DNA of 62,589 nt, counting the filler. It is 9 parts of 9 records of this genome, joined end to end, with 100 filler letters (N's around TTAATTAATTAA, not from the genome) between each part and the next. Parts side by side here need not be neighbours in the genome. Positions count along the whole stretch, not along the records: positions 7,102 to 15,142 come from SRR7504441_5568; positions 15,243 to 26,158 come from SRR7504441_5569; 7 more parts are not named here. One strand, given 5' to 3'. Positions 9,135 through 21,600 of the stretch are shown one piece after another. The position numbers were made by a program, and so were the translations under genes. Position 1 is the stretch's first letter; each line of letters begins with the position of its first letter. The notes below the pieces were generated by a model. It had not been told where the DNA came from. It did not search any database and was given only the letters and a program-made list of their open reading frames with translations.

Positions 9135-11032
9135 ATGCTGGAGCGCCGCGGCCATCTGCTCAGGCTGGCCCACGCGCCAACTGGCCAGCTCGGACCGCAG
9201 CCGCCCGGCCTGCGCGTGCCCCGGCCACTCCTGGCTCCAGCCCTGGCCCGCCCACGCCATGTGTGTCGACCCAGGAACCCCGACCGGCTGCAGCTGGTTC
9301 CAGCGGATGGCTTCGGACGAGCCTCGGGAGCCGCACTGGCTGGTGGGCGCGATGCGGCGGCACGGGTGGGCCTGGCGGCAGGGCTCGGCGTCCGATCGGC
9401 CGGCAGGCTGGCCCTCTCGGCGCTGATCGGGTCGGTGGGGCTCGGGCTGCTGGTCGGGCTCCGACGGCGGGCGGCGGCGGTGGCGGTCAAGGTCGAGCTT
9501 TACTCCGAGTTCCTGAGGCACCTGGACAAGGGCGCGGTGCGGCAGCGGCAGCTGGCGGGGGGCAGCCGGTGGGGCAGCTCAAGTACGTTGAATTCGCGGC
9601 CGACCAGCTGATCTATACCCTGAGCTCGGACCCCGCTGGCAAGGTGCGGACCCCCTGGCTGGGATCCAGCCGGGCGCAGGTGGTGCGCCGGGCCAACGCG
9701 GTGGGCGGGGACCGGGCCGGGCTGCTCAAGATGCTCGCCGACAAGCGAGTGGCCTTCGGTGGCTCCGCCCGGGCGGCGGGAACTGACAGGCCGCCAGGCA
9801 CTCGCGGGCCCGGCCGGTGGCAAGTTCTCGGGCGGGGACTGCTGCTGATGCTCCCGCTAGTGTACCTGGCAGGACTGGCCGTGGTGCCAGCTCTGGCCGG
9901 CCATGCTGAGCTGTGTGCCGCAGGTGATTTCACGGATGAATTCAACTGGTTTTGGGCCTGCGAGCTCACTGGCCAGCCACGTGGCAGGTGGAGTGGACAG
10001 AAAGTTCAAGGCGAAGCCGGACGCCGCGATCAGGTTCAACCAAGTGGCTGGGATTGACCAGGCCAAGCTCGAGATCATGGGTGCGCTCCTGGCACGACCG
10101 CGGCTCACAGCTCGGCACAGAGATCGTAGACATCTTCCGCGACCCTGGCAAGTACCGCCAGCTCGGGGCCCGGATGCCGCGCGGGGTGCTGCTGCACGGA
10201 CCACCAGGCACCGGCAAGACCCTCCTCTCCCGGTGCCGGCCTCCCCAGTCCCGGCTGAACCGAACCCGTCAGCGCACTCGCTTCAGAGGCTGGCGTGCCG
10301 CTGCACTATGCGTGCGCCTCAGACTTCGTCGAGACGTTGGTCGGCCGAGGGGCGGCCCGGATCCGGGCGCTCTGGGCCCGAGCCCGTAGGTGGCTGCCTG
10401 GCTCGGCAGTGCTCAAGCGGTGAGGACAGTGAGGCACCTTCGATCATCTTCATCGACGAATTGGACGCAATTGGCAAGCGGCGGAACCGGCTCAACGGTA
10501 GCGAGGAGCGGGACCAGACGCTGGCGGCGCTGCTGGCCGAGATGGACGGGTTCGAGTCCCGCGAAGACGGGCGGAACGCTGTGGTCGTTCTCGCGGCGAC
10601 TAATTGCGTCGACGTGTTGGACCCAGCGCTTGTGCGGCCAGGCAGGTTCGACAGGACGATCAGCGTGCCGTTGCCGGACCAGTCGGGCCGGGCTCAGATC
10701 CTGGCCTGTCACACAAGGAAGATTCGGAGCAGCGCTCAGCTCTCGGTGCCGTGTGCTGTCTGCGCTCAGGGCTGATTCGGGAGGCAGGAGGTGGCGGCTG
10801 AGACCGGCGGGATGAGTGGGGCCCAGCTGGCGAATGTGGTGAACGAGGCGGCGCTGCTGGCGGTGCGGAGCGGGGCCGGGAGTGTGTCGGATGAGCACTT
10901 TGCTGAGGCTGTCGCGCGGGCCAAAGTGATGCGACCGGCCTGGCTTGCGCCAATGGGGGGCAGGAGGCAAACGCTGCCGCAGCGCCCGAGAAGGAGACCG
11001 GGCCTAGCCCTTCATTCGTCTTCCGGATGTAG
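9135..11032 (+). CDS. FtsH-like membrane AAA ATPase lacking the M41 protease domain, multi-exon
   Basis: Spliced product has [76 protein letters not shown]-rich N-terminus and two TM segments. Confidence 0.85.
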
Positions 11033-11366
11033 GCGCAAGCTGTGCGAGAATGCGACTCGTCAGAGGATTCCTAGTGCACTGCATATATCATTCTCATGAC
11101 AGTAGCTACAGTATGAGTACTCGTACTGCTCGTACGAGTACTTGTAGCCATATTGTTCAACGACAGTGTGTCGAGGGCCCAGGATCTAGAACGCTCTCCA
11201 TGGTCTTAGTTCAGGTTGCGACTAAATGATTTCACTAATGCTAATCATGCATGCATTCATCACACCGTAATTGAACACAACGTCATCTATACAGTACAAT
11301 CACCAGTGCTCCGCATCATTTACACTAGGCCAATCCCATTCACGCTCCTCCACCCTGACACGCCCC

Positions 11367-11942
11367 TCAGGCCGACGTGGCTGCGAATTTGAAATCGAGC
11401 CGGAACCAGGCATCGTACCCACCCTTGGCGTGCGTGCCCAGCAGGGTGCACGCCTGTCCGTCGCTCTGGACGGCCGCACACGACGGGTCGGCGTCGCACA
11501 GCCCAGTGCACTGGTCGTATGAGGTCAGGTTGCCCTGGACTGTCTGCAGCACGTCCATGAAAGCGTCTCCCACCGCCGGGCACAGCTTGTACCGGGTGCC
11601 GTCGCTAGAGGCCGCCATAGTGCCGTTCAGGCTGGCCGTGCAGCGGGTCGTGTGAATGAATGAGACGATCAGGTTATTGGGAGTGCCGGTCTTGAGCCAG
11701 GCGCACTTTGTGCCCACCCCGGGCTGGACTGGGATGTAGTTGGTAGACAGGCAGCTGTACGAGCTGCTGCACCGATCCAGGACTGCGGCAGGCGGCAGGT
11801 AGGGCTGGCTGTGGTTGCATGGGCCCAGCTCGGCCATGTCCGTCATGGTCGAGAGCATCCACCCGCTCGGCAGCTTGGCGTAGTCGGACGGCGACCCCAC
11901 CGCCACAGCCACCAACACCACCGCGAGCCTCACCGTTTGCAT
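11367..11942 (-). CDS. Small secreted Cys-rich protein with a PAN/apple-like C-terminal module
   Basis: Signal MQTVRLAVVLVAVAVG; SYDQCTGLCDADPSCAAVQSDGQACTL. Confidence 0.55.
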   Translation of the reverse strand: MQTVRLAVVLVAVAVGSPSDYAKLPSGWMLSTMTDMAELGPCNHSQPYLPPAAVLDRCSSSYSCLSTNYIPVQPGVGTKCAWLKTGTPNNLIVSFIHTTRCTASLNGTMAASSDGTRYKLCPAVGDAFMDVLQTVQGNLTSYDQCTGLCDADPSCAAVQSDGQACTLLGTHAKGGYDAWFRLDFKFAATSA

Positions 11943-11976
11943 GCCAACAGCTGCAGCGCGATCCCGGTTGTAAAAA

Positions 11977-12819
11977 ATGCCGGCCGAGAGAGCCGAGACT
12001 CTCCGGGACTGGCTGACGCGCGGGCCGTTCACCCTGGCGATGAGCTCGTCCTTCTTCGGGTTCTACGCGCACCTCGGACTGCTCACCGCGCTGGTGGAGG
12101 CCGGGCTGCCTCCGGCCAAGCTCACTGGCTCCTCGGCCGGCGCGCTGATCGCGGTGGCCCACGCGACTGGTCTGCCTTTGGAGGAGATCAAAAGGCTGCT
12201 GCTGGGGCTGGGCCGGTCCGACCTGCTGCAGAACTGGTTGGAGGCCGGGCCCACACTCGGGCTGTACAGAATCAACCCAGACAACCCGCTAAGTCCCCTC
12301 CGCCGGCCCCGGCAGTGCTGAGATGTGTGCGGTGCAGCGCGGGCGCTCCCAGTCCAGCGGCTCGAGGAATGCAGCACCCCGGTGGCGGTCTCCACCTGGA
12401 GTTCCCAGACCGGCCGCACCAGGGTGTTCACTGCCGGCCCGATCATGCCGATTGTCTCTGCCTCATGCTCCGTGCCCGGGCTGATCTCGCCGGCGGAGAT
12501 ACCGGGCCAGTCTGGGGTGTTCTTCGACGGCGGGTGCGGGGACGTGGCTGGGCTGGCCGGCTGTTCGATCGCGGAGCGGGTGCTGTATCACCACGCGACG
12601 GTGGCACCACTCGGGCTCACGAGGAGCAAGGTGTTTGATCGGGATATGTTGACCGTCGTGCAGATAGATGGGCTGCCCGTGCTGAGCCCGTTCAACATGC
12701 AGCGCGGGGGCGAGGCCTTTGAGCTGGCTTATCAAGGGATGGCTGCGCTGCTCGAGAGCCGGCGCGATCCGGAGCGGCCCATGCGAGCGACGGCCAGCCA
12801 CCGGGCTAGTAGGTTGTGA
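11977..12819 (+). CDS. Patatin-like phospholipase (one intron near 12293-12337)
   Basis: SSSFFGFYAHLG oxyanion region, GSSAG nucleophile motif, ASCSVPG, DGG. Confidence 0.85.
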
Positions 12820-13082
12820 CATCTAATGTGTGGTTTTAGTTAATATGTGATACTTATGCTGTACTCAAAGTGCCCTCTGCCTGGTTGGGCCACGGTCTAT
12901 CTTGTTAGCGGTCTTGGCGAACTGCTGTGAGAGCTACCACTTGAGGTTGTTGTATAACTGCCCGTTTGCAAACTTCCAAGCACCGGCAGTACCACGGCAG
13001 TCCTGTACGAACTGCAATGAATACAATTCATGTACGAGTATACGTACACAATGAGTACACAATATCTAAATGAGTACAATGT

Positions 13083-14279
13083 TTATTCGTCGAGCTTTGT
13101 TTTCTTAGCCGGCCGGTCGCTTGGCTCTGGCGGACCGGGCATCCGGAATGATACGCAGAGCATCCTCTTCTTTGGGGCCACATCACGCACATCCTCCACC
13201 ACCGGATCCACAATCGGCCGCCCGAGCGCGTTCTCACATTGCTTGACGGCGTCAGCCAACGGGTCGTCCGCCTTGGAGAAACAGTAGCAGTGCACTGTGG
13301 GCAGGGCGTGAGGATAGTGCGCAAATGCCTCGCAGAACACGTCTAGGAATTCGGCAGCTGAGGCTGGGAGATTCATAAACACTTGGTTGAATCGCACACC
13401 GGCCTGGGCCAGCTGAAGCACGAATTGGCGGCCATCAAGGTTGTACAGTTCCATCTTGGGTGAGACCTTGTTGATCTTGCTGTTCAAGCTCAGGTATTTG
13501 AAGCTCGCAGGGTTGAGATCGTTCGCGTACACAGTGCAGCCTTTCTTGGCAGCAGGCACTGCGAACGGGCCAATCCCGGCAAACATGTCGCACACTACAT
13601 CGCTCGGGTCGAGCCTCTTGACCATCCGATTGTGCTCGGCCTGCAGCCGGCTGTTCCAGTAAACCTGCTCGAAATTGAGCTTGAACCTGCATCCGCTCTC
13701 TGACACCTCTGTCTCGAGCTCCGGTTCTCCCGCCAGAAGCTCCATTTTGAACGTGCGGAATACGGTGTCAATCGAGTTGGTCTTGTTCACCACCGTCCGG
13801 AGCTTGGGGTTCTTGTCGAGCAACACTTGCCCGATGAGCTGCTTGAAAGGCCGGTGCCCGTCCCGCAGGTTGAGATGAGCGATATGCCCGACCTGCTCGA
13901 ACGAGGAGGGCACCTCCATCCCACTGGGCAGAAGCTGCTCGAGCACTTGGTCCGCGGTCAGCAGCTCGTACCCGGTTTGCAGGCTGTGCGGCACCGGCTC
14001 CACCTCGTGAGCCGCTGCGAACTGCCGCACCGCGTCGGGGAGCTCCGCCGGGACGATCTCGCTGGACAACAGGACCAGCCGGCAGCCGTCCGAGGTCGGG
14101 TCAGGGGCCACGTTCTTCATCCGCGGCTGGTTGAGCAGGTGGCCGCGCAGCTGCTTCATGCAGTCACCCACCAGCCGTGCAGGCACTCGCAGTGCCACCA
14201 GCTCGAGGGTCCGGTCGAACGCGGACCGGTCGATTAATGGCTCGGCCACCGGGCTGGGCGGCTGCACAGGCTGCTGCAT
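13083..14279 (-). CDS. TRM5: tRNA (guanine37-N1)-methyltransferase Trm5, intronless
   Basis: SFEQVGHIAHLNL, VYWNSRLQAEH, DMFAGIGPFAVP, ANDLNP, MNLP, VRDVAPKK.MLC. Confidence 0.95.
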   Translation of the reverse strand: MQQPVQPPSPVAEPLIDRSAFDRTLELVALRVPARLVGDCMKQLRGHLLNQPRMKNVAPDPTSDGCRLVLLSSEIVPAELPDAVRQFAAAHEVEPVPHSLQTGYELLTADQVLEQLLPSGMEVPSSFEQVGHIAHLNLRDGHRPFKQLIGQVLLDKNPKLRTVVNKTNSIDTVFRTFKMELLAGEPELETEVSESGCRFKLNFEQVYWNSRLQAEHNRMVKRLDPSDVVCDMFAGIGPFAVPAAKKGCTVYANDLNPASFKYLSLNSKINKVSPKMELYNLDGRQFVLQLAQAGVRFNQVFMNLPASAAEFLDVFCEAFAHYPHALPTVHCYCFSKADDPLADAVKQCENALGRPIVDPVVEDVRDVAPKKRMLCVSFRMPGPPEPSDRPAKKTKLDE

Positions 14280-14435
14280 GGTCAATGTTTTGCGCCAAGG
14301 CCGGGACCAAGCCGCCCGCCAGGCGCTGTGGCAGCGGTGCAGCCTGATGCTTGCGAGACGAAGGCAGGGAGTCCGTTGGGAAAGTTGGGCTGTCATAACC
14401 ATAGGGTCACAACGAGACAAGGCCGCCCGAACGAG

Positions 14436-15142
14436 ATGGGGGTTTCCGAGTCCGAAAAGGGCAGCATGATGATGTGTCTTGTCCTGGTCTGTGTGGTGCT
14501 CTGCTTGCTGGTGCCGGCCACGCTGATGTGGATCATATGGGGCGCGATCATCACGGACAAAGCGGCCGATCTGATGAAGGACGCCGAGTTCTGCAAGGCC
14601 GACCAGTTCTGGTGGGCCCAAGTGGCCGCCTACATCGTCGCCGCTGGTGCCGAGCTGCAGTACTGCTGACGCGGCCCGCTGACGGCGCACAGGTATGGGC
14701 ATCGCCGTCCTGCTGATCCGGTGCATGAGCAACTGCATGCCGGAGAGCTTGGCCGGTTGCTGGAAGCGTTGGAGCGGGCTGGTGGTGGTACTCGCCTGGG
14801 ACATCGGCTGGTCCATCTACCTCGCCACCCTTTGGGCCTCGCTGGTGGCCCACCCGCCCGGGTTGGACCATATCTGGGGCAGGGGGACACGCCGACGACG
14901 CTGCTCGGGCTGTCGGACTGCGAAGACTACTTCAAGGCTACCAACAAAACCGACGAGTTCCTCGTGCTGTGGAAGGTGCCCGCGGCTGACGCCGGCGAGC
15001 CGAGAGCGGCGCAGGTGACGGCCTCGTGCTACTTTGCGGGAGCGATCATAATAGTGCTCCTGATGGCCTTGATCGCTCTCAAACCGGATATGTTTGAGCT
15101 CCCCGCCGAGAACGAGCCGCTGATCGAGGGTGCCTGGTTCAA
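14436..15142 (+). CDS. Multi-pass membrane protein, multi-exon, truncated by linker
   Basis: Several hydrophobic segments (MCLVLVCVVLCLLVPATLMWIIWG; GLVVVLAWDIGWSIYLATLW; YFAGAIIIVLLMALIAL) separated by short GT-AG introns. Confidence 0.55.
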
Positions 15143-15242
15143 NNNNNNNNNNNNNNNNNNNNNNNNNNNNNNNNNNNNNNNNNNNNTTAATTAATTAANN
15201 NNNNNNNNNNNNNNNNNNNNNNNNNNNNNNNNNNNNNNNNNN
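15143..15242. other. Artificial contig linker
   Basis: 44N-TTAATTAATTAA-44N. Confidence 0.98.
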
Positions 15243-15520
15243 CTTTTTCCAGCCAATGTCTAGTCTGAGGAGACGGACATCCTATGAAATAGTTCAACTA
15301 CTCGCAGTGTGCCTTGGAACTCATGTCAAATATTTGCCACCTTGTGTAATTTTTAACGAAATCGAAGCATTATTGCGAAAGTCACACCGGATCAAAGACC
15401 GCTCCGACGGCCCCGGACCAATTGGTCCAAAGACGCAATGTAGGGTTGAAACTTGAAAATAAGAGTTCAAGGGATCACATCAAAACACACCTTTTAATAC
15501 CTTAAATTCACCTCCGTCGG

Positions 15521-18095
15521 CTATTCACTTACAGTTGTGGATGTGGAAGCCATTGCACGCGTTGCAACACGACCTGCATGGTTGCGTACCTGAGCACGTT
15601 GGCAGGTGTCTCCCATTAGCCCCGTAAGGAACGTTAGATTAATGCGGCGGTTTGTGTAGCCAGGTGCAAACGTCACTTTGTTGGTGGCGTGTAAAAATGC
15701 ACTGTCGAATATGACGCATCGGTTCTGCTTATATGGTATTGCGATTGGTTCCACATCAGACACTGTCTTTGTGAGGCTGTCCTGCTTGGGCATGTACTGA
15801 GTGACTATGACCTTACCTGATTCGCCGAGCCCTGCTTCATACGAGCCTCCAGGGTTGTAATCACCAAAGTCATCTTGGGTATTGGGCCTCTTGGTCCACA
15901 CCTTCATTCCGCCCTGTCCATCGCGGTCCACATGACTTGCATCTGGCGTAATCCAGCAATTGATATTGACAGCAGCCTGGTCGGCATGCACACCGATACC
16001 CGAAGCCACTTCAGACTCGAGGCTGGTGCTGTTGGATGCGCCCTCGTCGTAAATGTAAGCCCATGCAGAAGTGAGTGAATGCTCACATAAAACTCGATCC
16101 AGCGCGGAGTGCAAATCTGCGTACATTTGTGCAATCAGCGGTGCCGTGTAGCCAGTCGTGGCTAACGCACACAAGTAACCCTTTGACTTCAAGTGGTGGA
16201 ACACTGTAGATCGAAGCGTGAACCGTCTGATTGCTTCCATAGCTTCTGCACTGAACACGTCATCTGCTACAATCACTTGATCCCCAAGCCCATTGTTGCC
16301 AATTCCAGCCTGGATGTTCTCCCAGTGCGATGAGCCAGGGGGGTACATCAGCACCGACTTGCCTTCGATCAGTGCTCCTGATGGGTCCCAGTGCAGATCG
16401 CGTGCCATGTAAGCCGTCAACTCGTTTATTGACTCTGCAGGAGCTAGAAGCACGTCGTCGGTTAAGTTGCCTGCGTTCCTGTCTATCATCGCCTCGCCAG
16501 ACTCGATTGCCCTTTCATAAACCTGCGCGATCTGCCTCAGCTGCTTTGCCACTGCGTTGCATCCCAAATCAAACTTTTGCATTAGCTGCATCGCAGTGGC
16601 GCCATTGGGGTCCGCGTGATTTGGTGCGGTGGTGTCTTGCCCATTGCCTTCTAATGCGCGACAGTGCTCGAGCACGATCTCTGACAGGTGTTCGAGCTGC
16701 TGCTGGTGATGATGAAGCCCTCCGCGTGACACGTACGGCGGCCAACTCAGCCCGCCGTGACTTAGCGCAGATGGCCCCACACCAAACGGGTGCAAAGCGT
16801 TCTGATCCTTGTAGGCTCGGGTTTTGATCTCAAATGCTTGCACCACGGCCTCGAGCGTAGGAGGGCCGCCGTTCTTCAGCTGCTCGGCCAGCAATATACA
16901 CCGTGCCCACTCCTGGCCCACCTTCATGATCATCGCGGAAGAACTCTGGCACCGCTCTCCCACCATTGTGAATTCAGCCTTCTCCGCAGTGTGTGGGTAC
17001 CGCCGATAGATCTTCTCTTTTCTGATGGGCAGTCTACTGCAGACCTGCTTTGAGCTCGCCACCGCTTGCTTATAGAGCAGCCCGTAGCTTTGGAGCACGG
17101 TCTTAAAGTCAGCTCTCGCGAGGCCCAGACTGATGCTCCAGTAGAGCGCAGCCGTGTCCTCAGGGAACGAGGCTAACCACTGGTCGAGCGAAGTGGCCAG
17201 CTCGGCCATTTGGTACCTGGTCCCACTGTCAGCCAGGAGAGGAGTGGGCAGACCATAGCAACGTATGCGGCTTCTCATAAAACGGCATATCAAAGTGCTC
17301 GCTCTTGTTTAGTGTCAAGATCTCCAAACTGACCAAATCGCGTTGGAACCTCGGAAAGTTCGAGAGGAGAGACACCTGCACCGGTTTGAGTCGGGGCGGG
17401 TAGCCAGATAGCGCCTGCTTGGCTATAGTGGCTCGTCGGTCCAAGGTCTGCACGATTCCTTCCTGGAAGATCAGCTCCATCAGCCGAGCAGGCAACTCCA
17501 GTCCAGAGCTCTCCACATCTGGCCACGCAGTCTGGGCGCCGGCGTCGTGGAGCAGTTTAGTTACTGCGCACTTGAACGGGTTGAAGTGAGCCCCGAGTAT
17601 CTGGAAGTGCACCACTCTGTCGGCCGCAGAGTCTACTGCTGCCTCCCACAAGCCGGTGCTCTGCGCTAGTGCAGTGACTTGCTCGACGAGTGAGTCATGG
17701 TCTATTCTCTTCGCTGGCTGGGCGCACTGGGCTGCTGGGTTGGCGCAGCTCTTGAATGCAGCTATCTGGTGCAACAGCTTCTTGCGGCCTCCCAAGGTTT
17801 TGACCTCCAGCTCGTTCCGGAGCTCATCGTGACTTAGCCCGATCAGGAGCACTGCCCCGTCCACCTGCTGCGCCCGGAAGCTGCGGGCATGCTCAGCTTG
17901 ACCGAGTGCAGTCAGCGCTCGGCTCACGTCCTCAACCGACCATTGAGCCAGGTCGCGGGCGCGCAGCTCGTGTGGGAGCCCGGTGCAAACTGGGTCAGCA
18001 GCGGGGGCCCCAGCAACGAGAAGGCTAGGTATGAGCACAGAAATGCAGATGAGCATTCGAGCGGCCAAACTACACCGAGGCGTTGCGTCTGTCAT
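15521..18095 (-). CDS. Secretory-pathway protein with N-terminal SAM domain and C-terminal 2OG-Fe(II) oxygenase-like domain (intron 17217-17253)
   Basis: WSVEDV..FRAQQVDGAVLL..L..LGGRKKLL (SAM); HAD..VNINCWITPD..GGM..IPYKQNRCVIFDS..HAT..RRINLTFL (HxD..H..R). Confidence 0.75.
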
Positions 18096-18679
18096 CGAAA
18101 TCCCACCCGGTGTCTCCCAACTTTCCGTTCACAATCGTCGGTATGTTCATGATCAGGCCACCCGCTCAGGGTGCTGGACCCTGAGCGGCTTTGGGATGCT
18201 CGGTGGCCTGCTGTGTGGCGTCTGGCGGACCGGGGACCGGGGACCGGCCAGGCGGCTCCCGCCGAGAACAGTCGCCCCCTCGGCCGGCCCATGCAGTGCC
18301 TCGACCGCCGGCGCAGGTGGCCGACGTGGTGGGCTGGTGGCTTTGTGGCGTTCGTGGCTTTCGCTCGTGCTGATATGATCGGGAGGCCCAGAGCGTACCA
18401 GAGCGATACCCCTGCGGCGGCCGGCGGGACTCCAGTACATGTACGGGTCCAGACCCCGCGGAGGCACCGCCCCGTCACCCCAAACCAGCCACGCTAACGC
18501 CGGCCCCAACCGCGCCGCCGCCAACTCGGCCACCCGCGAACCCAACGTACCGGGCCAACCGCCACCCCACTCCACCTCCGCCGTCGCCATAACCGAAAAG
18601 AACCCCCGAGTGTGAGGCTGTGAGCCTTGGGGCCCCGACTTTCTAAGAAATGCACTTATATCATTTAATTATTTTACAA

Positions 18680-21600
18680 TCAGATGGGTGAGTTGTACAA
18701 GGAAGCAGCTCGTTTCAGGGTTGAAGCCCCTAACTTCACAGATTTTTTGGACTCTTCATTTGCTTCGGATAATAAGCTTTGTTTCATCAATTGCCGCACA
18801 GCTTTGGACGCTTCTGTTGGATTGAAATTGAAATCCAATTCAGAAAACAAGCGAAACTTTTGAGATTTGATCTTTGCTATTGGATCCTCCTGGTTTTCCC
18901 GGTTGCTACTATCTCTGCATAACAAAGAATCGCCACCCTTGTTTTGATCATACTGAAACTGAAATTTTGTTTGATCGAGATCGTGGTAACGCAGCGAGCC
19001 TACCCTGCTATGACTATGCGTTGGCTCGTTCTCAAAGCTTTCACTGGTATCGATATCATCAGTGAGAAGTAGTTCAGAGAGTGGAGTGGCATCTTCCACA
19101 GTCTGGTTTGGATGAATGCTTGCATCATCTGCTGCGCTTGTCGCAGCTCCTGAAACGGCAGAGAATATGCTGACCCACTGCTCTTCTGCGTTACTCCTCC
19201 GATGATCGTCAGTGTCATGGCAAGTCTCCTCCTGCTCGATTCTCGCCAGAATTGCTTGATTTAGTGCATTGGGCTCCTAAAGCAATTGAGAGTTCAGGAC
19301 TTGACAATCAGCTAATGGCTACAGTGAGCGCACCTGGGCTGTTCCCGCGACTTCTGCCGTTGCGTCGCCTTCTGATTCACCTGCAGAGAAATCATTCAGC
19401 ACTATATGAAAGTGTGGTTGTATTGTCCCACCTTCAGCGCTATCAGAAGCTACTGGTTCGTCATCACCCGACTGTCTGGCCTCACAAGCTGGCTGATGCG
19501 CACGTGATGGCTTTGGAGTGGCAGTCTCCAAGCACTCCATGTCGTGCAACAACTGTGCCTCTGCATTCTGTAGCCCTCCACCGATGGTATGTATGCATTC
19601 GAGGAAGTGTCTCGCCGAATTTGCAGCATTTAGCTGATCCTCACCACTTACCTGTGAGACACCGCAAGCAGTCAAAGCAGACAACAACCCTAAGAACAGG
19701 CACACCAATTCCTGGACTGCACGAATCAGCATCTTCTGCAACCCTTGGACAATGCCAACTAATCTTTGTTGCTTGAGCGCTAATCCTGAGCTGGCAACGA
19801 CTGGCTTGCTGCCAGAATGCTGCACTTGCTCCGCTCGCTCCAGTTGTGACTTCACACTATCAAGCTCGGCTTGCAATTTTGCCACCTGCAATGAACAAGG
19901 AACAGCCGCATTCAGAGGGTGTCTATGCTCTGTGGATTGTGACCTGACTCCACTCCTCGAGTGAACCCTTCGCACTGGCTGCAACACCACTGCAATCCAA
20001 CGAAGATGCGGTCTCCTTCTGCACCCTTGGACACTGCACCTCTATCCCGGGGTAGCATATTTCGTGTTCCATTAGAATTGCTTGCAAGACATCCATGTGC
20101 TCGGCCATTAATTCCTTTTCATGGGAAGCCTGACAAAGTTTTGCCTGAAACCACCAGTTGTCATTAATTGCAGCTCACGCTGTTTGACCTGGAGGGCCGC
20201 CAGATCCTCCACGAACTGCTTTTTCGTCGTTTGTAGGTCTTGAGCTTGCTTTACTACTGAAAACTGCATCTTTTGAATCGCATGCTCATCAGAAGAGGGC
20301 TGCTGACCCTACAGTACCAATTGTTGGTGATTCACAAGTCAGTAAGTAAACAGGGCTGAACCTTTGTGATCAATAACAACATGTTATATAGCATTGGTAC
20401 TCCATCAGTCGGGTCACAGACCTGTGCGTCTCCCGTCAGTTTTGTCAGGCAAGCTTTTACCGCTTGTTCGAATGCTTCAACAAGGCTCAAGGCTGCTTCT
20501 GTATCAGATTGTGATTCCAGTTTCTCCTTCAATTTTGCACTTTCGTGTTCAAATGCGGCATCACCTGCGACGTACAACATCGCCAACAGCCATAGTTGCG
20601 AGGTCACTCTCAGATTTCAAATGAAGCTTCTGTTGCAGCTGCTCGTTTGCTGATGTCAGCTGCGTCACCTTCCGCTCAAGCCTCGCGATTTGAACCTGGA
20701 TCCATCATATCAATATTTCTGGTGAGAGCCAGAGTCTATCCTGATCACTCTATAAAACGCAAGTGGGGAAAAAATAAGCGGACTTGTTGCGTAAGCTCTT
20801 CGTTGACTACAGCATGACTCATCACTTTTTTGGCGCGGTCTGCAAACTTGAGTGTCGAGATGGTCTCCTCCAGGCTCAGTATCGAAGGCGACACTGTCGC
20901 AATGAACGCAGTCTTACAATTACCTCCGAGCGAGTCCTGAACAGATGGGCTCAGCGTTTGTAGAGGCTGTGAGCACCTGGAGTAATCGAGTGAGTTTGCT
21001 GTCTCGGAACGGTATGTGCTGGCGTGAGGGCTCTGTCAAAGCCTTGATGCAGTTGCCAAGGGTTGAAAGACTCTGCCATACCACCACTCGCCAAGCGAGG
21101 CGCAGGCTGTGTGTGCCTGATTTATTGCTGTCAGCTCCTGCACCCTCTTGTCGTGCATCGCCTGCGAAACACGAAGTTGTAAAACAGATTGGCAGAGTCT
21201 GGGGGTACAGCATGAGTCCTCCATTTTTCTGAGCCAGCAAGGTCGACCAGATTGAGTCTGCCGACATTAAATGTCATCCAAGCATTATTTGATAAGGCAC
21301 CGTGCGCGCATGATGGGCTGCTCAGGGTCCTGGATAACCTTGCGCACCACAGACAGCTGCAACATAAGCATTCCGATCAAGTGGGGCTTCCGGCAATCAC
21401 GCACCTGGAAAATCGTATGGCTACGGCTGGAGTGCTCATTGGCATCCGTGGTGGTGACTGCTCTGCGGTTGGCCCCGCGGGTCATCAGTCTGAAGACCTC
21501 ACTGGCTGTGCTGACCGGTTGCACGATCAAGTCCTGTGAGCAGTGAGCAGCAGCACCCTCGGCTCCTACCGGCACAAACACCCCGTGCACCCGATCTTCC

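Noticed and set aside
13083-14816. 577-aa N-terminally extended TRM5 overlapping the neighbouring gene
   Set aside because: The extension is antisense to the membrane-protein gene at 14436; the recognisable Trm5 sequence starts near 14279
18365-18400. Cys-TGA followed by an open frame as a possible selenoprotein
   Set aside because: No recognisable selenoprotein fold and no SECIS downstream
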